NCBI GenBank assembly: GCA_025558095.1
Contig: JAIVFI010000015.1
Location: 558,001-622,000 of the forward strand
DNA length: 64,000 nt
Direction of reading: 5' to 3'
DNA from: Hyaloraphidium curvatum SAG 235-1
Lineage: Eukaryota; Fungi; Monoblepharomycota
The notes under the pieces are model-generated. The model did no database searches, was not told the DNA's origin, and was given only the letters and a program-made list of their open reading frames with translations. Below are positions 55,270 through 64,000 of the stretch, piece after piece. Positions within the stretch are counted from its first letter, which is position 1. Each line of letters starts with the position of its first letter. The position numbers were made by a program, and so were the translations under genes.

Positions 55270-56850
55270 TCACCCCGCACAAACCGTCTCCACGGTGAAG
55301 TACATCCCCGCTGCCCTGAGCACGGTCCACATCCCGAACCCCAGCGTGATCCACGTGACCACGTACGTCCTCACCAGGCCGTACCCCACCTCGAACCCCA
55401 TGAACGTGGCCTTGAGCCCCTCCGTCCCGGCAAAGACCCCGAGCAGCTCCGCGTGGTCCGCGAGCGAGGCGGCGACCGCCGCCGGGGGCCGCCGCGAGCC
55501 CATCAGCAGGATCGAGGTGCGCGCGCGGCGGTACAGGTCGGCGACGTGGGCGATCTGGGAGTTGGCGGCGGCGATGCCCAGCAGGGACTTGAGGAAGACG
55601 GTGAACCAGAGCAGCAGCAGGACGGGGTTCCAGACGGGGACGCAGCCGGCAAAGGCGGCGTTGGCCAGGATCCCGGCGAACATGAAGAAGCCCAGCACGG
55701 TGAGCGGGCCCCGGCCGGTGGACATGAAGGCCAGCTGCGTCGGCCATGCGGCGGCAAGCTGCAGCTGCAGCGCCACGTAGGGCTCGTCCGCGGCGGGGAT
55801 CGGGGTGCCGGCGAGCCCGCGGGCGGCGTCGCGGTGCCGGTTCAGCATGTCCGAGAGGAGGAGGTCGACGGCGCGGTGCTGCATGCGGCCGGCGAGCTTG
55901 AGCATCTGCGGGCTGGGGGCGTTGTGGGTGAGGAAGATGTGCGTGGGGAGCGTGTACAGCAGGGCGGCGGTGGCTGGCGGTCGGGCGGATGTGAGCGGGA
56001 TCGGCGGGAGCACGATGATATGGAGAACTGGCCGGCTTGGACCATCCATCCACCCACCGTAGAGGACAAAGAGGAGGATGCTCCACCAGGTCGACCACAT
56101 GAGCGGGGCGAACGTGACGTAGATGGTCCAGTTGGAGAACACCTTGCCCAGGTACTCGACGACGAGCTCCGTGAACGGCTCTGCGGCGCGCATCACGGAC
56201 GCGGTGCCCGGCAGCTTCCCCGCGCAGGAATCCAGCGGGCAGGGGCAGAACGGGTCCGCGGGATCGTGCGCGACCAGCGCCGGAGGTCCCCCAGGGGAGG
56301 TGAGGAGCTCCTTCCAGCGCGCGAGCACGGCAAAGGGGTGCGTGTCGAACGACACGGGGGTGACGAAAAAGGACGCGGGCCTGGCTCGCGCGTTGAAGGA
56401 GGAAAGGAGGCCGGTTGCAGCGAGAACCGCAGTCGGCACCTGGAACAGCAGGAGGGCGGCGGTGGCACCGGCCACGTGCCGGCTGCTGAACATCTGCAGC
56501 TCGCCGTTGAAGACCCACAGCGGGACGAGCAGCAGCGCCCACGCGACGGTGTCGACGAACAGGCGCGCGGGCGACAGCGTTGCCAGCGGCGCGGCGGCCA
56601 GGTGGACGCGCGTGCAGAGGCCGAGCAGCGGCAAATCGCCCATTCCCGCGAGCAGCGCGGCGGCGTCGAGCGGCGGCGGGCCCGCCGGTGGCGCTTCGGG
56701 GGTTTCGTCGCCGCAACGCGTCTTTCGGAAGAGGACGTCGTCGGCGGGCCGCTCGGGGAACAAGGCGCGGCGCTCCGCCGGCGAGAGCGCGAGCGGCGCG
56801 GCCGGAGGAAGCGGGAGGCGGTCGCCGTCGCCTGTTTCCATGGTACTCAT
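55270..56850 (-). CDS. 7-TM family member (copy D), gustatory-receptor-like/7TM ion channel candidate
   Basis: LSPAERRALFP, HPFAVLARW, HDPADPFCPCPLDSCAG, EPYVALQLQL, AGCVP, ATFMGFEVGYGLVRTYVVTWIT..GMWTVLRAAG..ETVC. Probable in-frame 84-nt intron at 55974-56057. Confidence 0.8.
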   Translation of the reverse strand: MSTMETGDGDRLPLPPAAPLALSPAERRALFPERPADDVLFRKTRCGDETPEAPPAGPPPLDAAALLAGMGDLPLLGLCTRVHLAAAPLATLSPARLFVDTVAWALLLVPLWVFNGELQMFSSRHVAGATAALLLFQVPTAVLAATGLLSSFNARARPASFFVTPVSFDTHPFAVLARWKELLTSPGGPPALVAHDPADPFCPCPLDSCAGKLPGTASVMRAAEPFTELVVEYLGKVFSNWTIYVTFAPLMWSTWWSILLFVLYGGWMDGPSRPVLHIIVLPPIPLTSARPPATAALLYTLPTHIFLTHNAPSPQMLKLAGRMQHRAVDLLLSDMLNRHRDAARGLAGTPIPAADEPYVALQLQLAAAWPTQLAFMSTGRGPLTVLGFFMFAGILANAAFAGCVPVWNPVLLLLWFTVFLKSLLGIAAANSQIAHVADLYRRARTSILLMGSRRPPAAVAASLADHAELLGVFAGTEGLKATFMGFEVGYGLVRTYVVTWITLGFGMWTVLRAAGMYFTVETVCAG

Positions 56851-56989
56851 GGTGGGTGACACCGCGACGGGTGCGGTGACGAACTTTCCCAGGGCGCAGA
56901 CGCATGGATTCCACCTTCCACAACCGTCAGCGAGATCTGCAACGATTCGCCGAGCTCCTGACGGCGACTCGACGACATCCAACGCACTA

Positions 56990-58323
56990 CTACATGACCT
57001 GGTACGCAAACTCGCCCGTCGTCGGCGGCTGCTTGGCCGCGCACTGCTTGTTGTACTCGGCCACCCAGTCCGGATCGCAGGCATCGGGGGGATCGTCCGA
57101 CTTGCACGCCTTGGACGTCGGGGGCAGGACCGTCTTGGGGCTGCACGCGCCGGCCATGTACGTCGCGTACGCGGGTGTGCCCTTGACGAAGTAACGGAAC
57201 CGGCGGTTGATCTTGGCCGTGTCGGAAGGGTGCACCTCCAGCACGCCCTTTTCGAACTCCATCCGCCCCTTGGTGAGCGTCGCGGATGTCGGGAACCCCA
57301 GCGCGGCCTTGAGCCCGCGCCCCTTCCACACCTTGAAGTGCGACGGCGGCCACAGGATCGGGTCCGAGGTCAGCTGGATCTGCTTCGCCTGCGCCTCGTA
57401 GGGTATCGAGGCGTACTTGAACCCGTTGGTGCAGAAGGTGTACAGGTAGTTGTACGCGAACGGGACGATGCCGGAGCCGGCGGCGTCGTACTGCCGCACG
57501 TGGATGAGCTCGTGCGTGAGCAGCCGTGTGCGGGCGTGGAAGTCGGGCTGCCGGCGGGGGGCTGCGGTGAGCCACAAGGGGAAAGGGGAACGCGCATTCG
57601 GGCTCGGCGCACCTGGAGGAGCCACTTGCCGATCCCCGTGCCGTTGTCCAGCGGCGCGTTGCCCAGGCCCTTCTTGCCGTTAAAGTAGATGAAGTTGTCC
57701 ATCGTCACGGCCGACTTGGTGAACCCCGGGGCGAACTTTGCGTTGTACACAAGCACGCCCGCCGGCACCGGAACGTGGTCGACCGCGCGCACAAAGAACA
57801 GCTGGTCGTCCGTCAGGCCCTGCACGTACGGCCCGCCGAGGTTCCGGGTGAAGAACCACGAGGCGGCGGCGAGGTAGCCCGGCAGCGCGCCCGCGGCGAA
57901 GAGGTTGCACGCCGCCGGGCCGGGCGCCCTCCTCGCCAGCCGCCGATCCAGGGACGGGCCGGCGCCCAGGGCGGCCAGCACGTTGTCTGCCAGCGATTGC
58001 GCCGTGGTGCCGGCGGGCAGCCCGGGTTTGCCGGCGGCCGCCAGCTGCGCGTTGAGCTGCGGCACGGCGGCGGCGATGGCGGCGACCACGGCGGGGCGGA
58101 AGTTTGCGTCTGTCGCCGGCCCGCGGAAGGCGGCGAGCGCGAGGTCGATCTTGGGCAGGGGCAGGCTGCGGGTCAGCGGGTGCGCGCGGGTGAGGTTGGC
58201 GGCGCGGAGGGCCAGAAGCGGGTAGGTGCCGGTGAAGGGCGGGGCGGCGGCGCAGGGGCCGAGGAGCGCCGCCAGCGCAAGGGCGGCGAGGAGCCCGAGG
58301 GCCGGCTGTGCGGGGTGGCGCAT
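56990..58323 (-). CDS. Secreted HExxH zinc-metallopeptidase-like protein (DUF4157-like)
   Basis: Signal peptide, SAVTMDNFIYF, and after an intron RLLTHELIHVRQY..Y..IPYEAQA. The 3' end is uncertain. Confidence 0.7.
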
Positions 58324-59034
58324 CGCTTGTTCGGGGGAAGGACGGCGCGGGCCTGTTTCACGTGGGGGAATGGCCTCGCAGGAACGATGTCTTTTTGGGG
58401 GCGCGGTGCCGCTGTGTCCGTGGGGATCGTTCGCGGAAGGCGCTGTGGAGGGCGAGCCTGGCCTACGGCGGGCGGGATGACGCGGGGGATCTTCCGCCTC
58501 CCTAACTGTGCGCAGAAATTGGGGTGTTCCGTGTCCAAACCTGCGCGCAACAATGCTGGAAGAGCCCGTCGAGGAATGCTGCAGCGGATGTTGCCTGCGG
58601 AGGCGCACAATGAGAGGTGTCCTTCAAGCTTGCGGGCGGCAATTGTTCGGGGCGACGATTAAAATGCCGTTCCTTTCGGAAGGAACCATAGAGCTTTGTC
58701 TTGGAAACTCTCTGTAGTAAGTTGACTTCGAGTCCGATTGCGGGGTCCTGTTTCGCGCGATTGTCACGTCATCGGCAAGGCAGACGGCTTCGTTTCCTCG
58801 CATACCAGATTCATATGAGAGAGCGCGCGCTTGGAGGATATGGCTCGGCGTATCTGTCGCACGAGCGACGTGCCTTGCCTCGGCGGGAGGACAGCAGTCC
58901 GCAGCATTTCTTGGGGGCGTCCTCGATTGATTCGACGATTGCGCCTCCGACGCCAACGCATTCCCGCTCCTGCTCCCGCTGCTCTTGGTTTCGATGTCTT
59001 GCGGCTTGTCACCAAAATCTGGGCCAAGTTCGCC

Positions 59035-59077
59035 GAAATCTGGGCCAGGTTCGCCAACTTGCTGGGCACGCAGGCAG
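59035..59077. repeat. 21-bp tandem duplication AAATCTGGGCCARGTTCGCCR
   Basis: aaatctgggccaagttcgccg aaatctgggccaggttcgcca is directly visible. Confidence 0.8.
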
Positions 59078-59294
59078 GTTTCGGCTTCGCTGCGCCGCGC
59101 CAACTAGGTTTTCCCTAATCCCACTCCCCGCAGCCTAATTTTAGACATAATTTGAGCTCAAATGTGGAGCAGCTGAGCCGATCAGTTTGTGCGTGAGGGG
59201 CCGGGGAACAGGTCTGAGCGCCAGGGAGTGTCGAGTGACCCTTCCCTTGTCGACGCGTCCCCCACTATCCCATGCCCCCACGCCCGCCATCCCC

Positions 59295-60461
59295 ATGGCG
59301 CAACGCGGCGGTACGCGGCTGGGCGCGGTGCTGCTCCTCGCGCTCTGCGTCTTCGTGTACTCGCGCCGCCCGCCGCCGGCGGACCCGCGCGCGGCGTGCC
59401 CCGGCCTGATGCCCGCGCCCGACGTCGTCCGCGGCGTGCGCGCCGAGCTGCTCGTCGCGATGAGGGTCGCACTCGCCGGCATCCGGAAGGCCGTGCTGGT
59501 GAAGCTGCCGATGCAGGCGAACAAGGGCGACTCGGCCATCGGCGCCGGGGAGCTCGAGGTCCTGCGGCTGCTGGGAATCAACCTGGTGCACGCCGGCATC
59601 GAGGAGGTCGACGACGACGTCGAGGCCGCGAAAATCAATTCCGTCCTGTCGAACGACTCGTCGTCGGCCGTGCTGTACCACGGCGGCGGGAACCTCGGGG
59701 ATGTGTGGCCGCGGCCAAACAGGATGCGGACCAACCTCATGTGGCGCCTCAACGGCGCCCGGCGGTCGGTGCTGCTGCCGCAGACGATCCACTACACCTC
59801 CCCCGAAAGCGTCAAAGACGCCGCGGTGCTCTTCGACTCCTTCTCGGACCTGACCCTCATGGGGCGCGACGCGCCCTCCTTCTCCTTCCTCCAAAACAAC
59901 TTTGCCGCCCGCCACCGGATCGTGCTCTCCCCCGACTCGGCGTTTGCCCTGGGCCCGCTGGACAGGACGCACTTTGCCGCCGTCCCCGAGCTCGATTTCC
60001 TGTACTTCATCCGGACGGACAAGGAGGCCGTGATCGGCCCCAACATGACCACGCGCCCCGAGGACCTCCACCCGGGGCGCAAGGTCGAGGTCAGCGACTG
60101 GCTCAAGTTCGGGGAGGACGAGGCCAAGCTCGTCACCGACCCCGCGGCGGCGGTGCGCAAACGGACCGCGCTCGGGCTGCAGTACCTGGCCCGCGCAAAG
60201 GTCGTGGTGACGGACCGCCTGCACGGGCACATCCTGTGCCTGCTCTTGGACCTGCCGCACGTGCTGCTGGACAACAGCTACGCCAAGGTGATGCGGTACC
60301 ATTCCATGTTCACGCTGAGGGCGGACAACGTGCGGACGGCGGGGAGCGTGGAGGAGGCGGCGAAGATGGCCGAGGACATGCTGAAGCGGGATTATGCGGC
60401 GGAACGGAAGAAATATGAGGGGAGCGGGGGGTGCAGGGCGGAATGGAGGGCGGGGGGGTAG
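59295..60461 (+). CDS. Polysaccharide pyruvyltransferase (Pvg1/EpsO-like), type II membrane, intronless
   Basis: N-terminal TM, NKGDSAI, HGGGNLGDVW, LPQTIHY, MGRDAPSF, PDSAFALG, VVTDRLHGHILCLLLDLPHVLLDNSYAKV. Confidence 0.92.
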   Translation: MAQRGGTRLGAVLLLALCVFVYSRRPPPADPRAACPGLMPAPDVVRGVRAELLVAMRVALAGIRKAVLVKLPMQANKGDSAIGAGELEVLRLLGINLVHAGIEEVDDDVEAAKINSVLSNDSSSAVLYHGGGNLGDVWPRPNRMRTNLMWRLNGARRSVLLPQTIHYTSPESVKDAAVLFDSFSDLTLMGRDAPSFSFLQNNFAARHRIVLSPDSAFALGPLDRTHFAAVPELDFLYFIRTDKEAVIGPNMTTRPEDLHPGRKVEVSDWLKFGEDEAKLVTDPAAAVRKRTALGLQYLARAKVVVTDRLHGHILCLLLDLPHVLLDNSYAKVMRYHSMFTLRADNVRTAGSVEEAAKMAEDMLKRDYAAERKKYEGSGGCRAEWRAGG

Positions 60462-60643
60462 CGCGCAGAGGGGGCTAAGCAGCGCCTCCAATAGATTGGA
60501 CGGTAGCTCTTGCCAGACTTCAGCCTTTGCGAATTTTCACGGGATGAACGATCGTCATTGTGGGGAAGTGCAGCGCGTTCGGTCTACAATCGCATGCCGG
60601 TCCGCCTCCCGTTGATGACTCGACGCCGCGGCAAAAGGCAGCG

Positions 60644-62050
60644 ATGTCCGCCCCCATGCCCTCCTGGAGCACCTGCTCCGTCTGCCTCCACGACATCCTC
60701 CCCTCCGCCGAGCCCGTGTTCCTCGCCGGTGGGGACGGAAACGCGGTCTGCCAGCACCTCTTCTGCCGCGCGTGCGCGGTCCCCGTCAAGGCCGGGAAAC
60801 GCCCCGCGGAGCGCGAATGCCCCACCTGCCGCGCCGCATGGGAGGACGCCAGGCCGCTCGAGACGAGCCCGGTCATGTGGATGCTGTACCGGACGCACGT
60901 GCTCGCGTGCCCGTGGGGGTGCGGCGGACACGTGGCGGTGCAGGAGCTGGAGGCGCACGCGGCGGCGTGCCCGAAGCGCCGGTGCGGTTTGTGTGCGGCG
61001 TATCTCGGGCTGCCGACGACGGTGGAGGTGAGTGGGGAGCGGCGGTGCGGCCTGCGCGGACGGGGACTTGACTTGCGGGGGCCGGTGGCTTTCCAGGAGC
61101 ACGTCGCCGCGTCGTGCCCCGAGGCGGTCGTCGAATGCGTCAACGCCGGGTGCGGGGTCACCATGCGCCGCAAGGAATTGGAGAAGCATGCCGCGACGTG
61201 CCCCAAGAGGATCCTGACGTGCGAAATGCCGTTCTGCGGCTTCAAGGTGGGCCGAGCCGGGGTAAGAACGGCCGTTTAGCGAGGCTCACGCCGAAGCATC
61301 CAGGGCTCCCCGGACCAAATGAGGGAGCACGACGAAGACGCGGTGAAGCAGCACCTATCGGCGGCCCTGCGCAAGATTGTAGATATGGACAAGGCTTTCA
61401 CCTCGAGCGCCTCCAAGGTCTTCAACCTCGAGAAGGCGCTGGCGGCGTCGGACCACGAGCTTCAAGACCTGCGCAAGTCCAACGAGACGCTCAAGGCACG
61501 CCTCAAGGCCGGCAGCATGGTCGTGCGGATCCCGATCGGGTACAAGGGCAGCCTGTCACCCGACCCGTTCCCGACCCTGCCGGACCAGCTCGCCGGCCTC
61601 GGCAGCTGCGAAACAGGCACCAACGAGGTGCGCTACCTCTCTCCCACCGTCCGATCCGGCGGGGCCGCGTGGAATCTGCTCGTGGAGCACCCCAGGGACC
61701 CGGCTGCAGCCCAGGGCGCCGGCGTCTTCCTCCAGCTGCAGCCTGGCGGCGACCGCCGCCGCGTGCTCGCCAAGTGGGGCATCGGCCCCCTATCCGCCCA
61801 CGCCCCGGTCAAGGTCCTCCCGTGCTGCCAGTTCGCCCCGGACGGGGGCTACCTCGGCTTCCCCGGGTTCGGCGCGCGCGCGGGGATCATGGACCCGGCG
61901 GCGGGGTACCGCGAGGAGCACGGCAAGTTCGCCTTCCTCGCGTTCCGGGTGTGGGTCCACGTGAGGGATGCGCTGCCGAAGAAGGACGGGGGGGCGGTGC
62001 CGCAGACGCGGATCCTGGAGGGCGAGCCGGACTGGTACGCGCCTTTCTGA
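60644..62050 (+). CDS. TRAF-like protein: RING, TRAF zinc fingers, coiled coil, MATH
   Basis: RING CSVC..CQHLFCRAC..CPTC. Zinc fingers CPWGC..EAHAAACP, EHVAASCPEAVVECVNAGC..EKHAATCPKRILTCEMPFCG. Coiled coil, then MATH-like YLSPTVRSGGAAWNLLV..GVFLQL..LGFPGF. Introns near 61028-61095 and 61247-61303. Confidence 0.85.
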
Positions 62051-62281
62051 GCGGGGCGGTGCACGGGGTCCGGGTGGATAAGGGGGCTTTGAGGGAAGAC
62101 ATAGGCCGTTGGCTTCAATGAGCGTATAGAGCCAGCCGGCCCGTGTCGGCGATTACATGTCTGGGCTTCCGTCCGGGGTCCGCGTGCCGGGTCGGCCCCG
62201 GCCCATGTGAGATTGATTCGATCTTGAAATGAAGACGGATTGAGGTGCTTCTGTACCGCCAAGTCATCGAGCGATCACTTC

Positions 62282-63990
62282 TCATAGTTTAGGTTTCTTT
62301 TGAAGTTGGTTGTTGGTACAAACGCCGAACGAAAAGCCCGACGCCATGGCAAGCGTCTGGTCCCGCTTCGACCGGAAGCGTTTGTCGAGCACGTGGCGGC
62401 GGAGTCCGCCGCCATCGAGGAGCTCCGCCGCCGCGGCGGCGGCGGTGCCGTGCGCGCGGGCGAGCTGCCCGAGTGCGCGCAGCGCATCCTCCTGCTGATG
62501 CGGCCCGCCGGCGCCCTGGGAAACGGCGACGTCGCGGAGCTCGGCGGCTGCGCGGCTCCCGGCCTGGGGCACCGCGCCCGAGGCGCTCGTCGCCGAGCTC
62601 TTCCTGGACTGCTTCCGCGCCTCGTTCGGCTTCGTCCGCGCCTGCCTTTTCGACTTGCAGACGCGTACTCCAAGGTCAAGCGAGAGAAGCAGGGGCACGG
62701 TCCGCTGGCGGGGCCAAAAGACCACGATCGCGGACTGGAACCAATGCGTCAACGTCGCGGTGTCCTGGATGATGCGTCAGGGGAAAGACGCACGATCTCT
62801 CGCTCGCCGGCAAATACCTTGTCGTATTCCTTCTCGTCCGGATCTTCGCCGAACAGGTCGCCGACTGCCGTTCCGATGAGCTCCCGATCGAGGTCGACGT
62901 TCAGCTTGCGCGGCAACATGGCGAGACCGCCGTCGGGTGCGACGTTGATCCAATGGAGCGTCCCCAGCTCGGTCTCCTCCAGCTCCGTGATGCTCGCTCC
63001 GCCCGGGTAGGAATCGTCGTCCGAGTCGACGTCGTAGTAGCCCAACAGGTCTGTGTAGCCCCGCCTCATGGGGCTCCAGTCCGTGTACCCCCTTTCCGTC
63101 CTTTCCATCAGGACCACGTGCACGCCAAACAAATAGTCGCCTTCAGGCCCCGAGGCGCTCGCGAGAAAGCCGACGACGGCCTTGTCGGCCCCCTTCAGGG
63201 CCGAGTACTCGATCTTGTCCTCCACGTACTCGCCCCGGAGCGCAAACGCCAGCTTGCCGCACCCTTCGCAGTCGGCAAGCCATTCCTAAGCCGCCTGGAT
63301 CAGTCTGGGCAACTGCAGCACCGCCGCGCTCCCCGATAGGCTCGGCGGCGAGCCCTCCGTGGTCCTGACCAGGACTTACACCAGTGCGAGGCGCATGCCG
63401 GTACGCAGAGGCTTGACGGCCACCCGGCATTCCGAAAAGAACGCCGTAAAGTACATCTGATCCGCAGAGCATTCCGACGAGTCGAAGCTGTCCTCCTTCG
63501 GTCCGTACGCGACGACCATATCGCCCCCCGTGTGCTCGGCGGGGAGCTGCACGAGGAGAGACGCGAAACCGTCCACAGCTTCTCCGCCGAGCCGATGTCG
63601 AAAGTCGCACCCGGCCTCGAAAAGCAGGAGATCGCGGAGGCGTGCCTGGACCCCGAGCTTGCCCCTGTCCAGGTGAAAGGTGTCGCAAACGCTCTGAACG
63701 ACGTTCAAAAACTCTCCGTCCCAGCCGGGCCCGCCAACAACGACTCTTTCGGCCGGAATGCTCGAAGGTCCGCCCACGTCCTTTCCAATGCCTGTGACTG
63801 CAGCTCCCCCGCCGGCAAGTGCCGCCTTCGCGGGGGATACGACGGTCGCGGCCTGCTCGCGGCACAGCGGGAATGCGAGCCGGCCGACACCCTCGACCGA
63901 GACGGCGGGAGGCCTCAACGCAGGCAAAGGGCCCCCGCAAACAAAGTCCAGGCCGGAGCCGTCCTCAGCGACGGCCTCCAGGGCGGCCAC
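62282..63990 (-). CDS. 2OG-Fe(II) oxygenase-like protein with degenerate iron ligands (5' end outside window)
   Basis: VEGVGRLAFPL, LLLFEAG, FASLLVQLPAEHTGGDMVV, FTAFFSEC..VKPLRTGMRLALV, and downstream THWFQSAIVVFWPR. Spliced; the 3' end is uncertain. Confidence 0.7.
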
Positions 63991-64000
63991 AATGTCCTGC

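Noticed and set aside
9464-60461. Bacterial contamination as the source of the bacteria-like genes
   Set aside because: They are interleaved with spliced eukaryotic genes, have similar GC and codon style, and show no operon structure. Read-level confirmation is still desirable.
1-64000. tRNA/rRNA genes and autonomous transposase or reverse transcriptase ORFs
   Set aside because: None recognised by eye; tRNAscan/Infernal/RepeatMasker were not run.

Overview
Eukaryotic nuclear DNA with high GC, dense genes and short (about 50-120 nt) GT-AG introns with CTRAC/CTAAT-like branch points. Gene content and intron style suggest an early-diverging (chytrid/monoblepharid-like) fungus; this is inference, not proven. 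Housekeeping genes include an HMMR-C-terminal coiled-coil protein, COX5A, a FYR-domain protein, MON1, SurE, Xaa-Pro aminopeptidase, a sterol desaturase/FA hydroxylase and VIT1/CCC1. They are interspersed with lineage-specific and bacteria-like genes. The main findings are: (1) six copies (three intact, three fragmentary) of an unannotated 7-TM family whose loop pattern and C-terminal signature resemble gustatory-receptor-like 7TM ion channels; (2) an intronless Cys-less pentameric ligand-gated ion channel; (3) a signal peptide-2xCVNH lectin-TM-RING receptor-type E3 ligase; (4) a complete TRAF-like RING-ZnF-coiled-coil-MATH gene; (5) a mucin whose Thr stalk is built from five symmetric mini-exons. 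The window also holds intronless bacteria-like enzymes (GGT, amidohydrolase-3, pyruvyltransferase), a TA-flanked MITE, and many truncated duplicated gene fragments in intergenic DNA. All family calls come from visual motif recognition; no searches were run.
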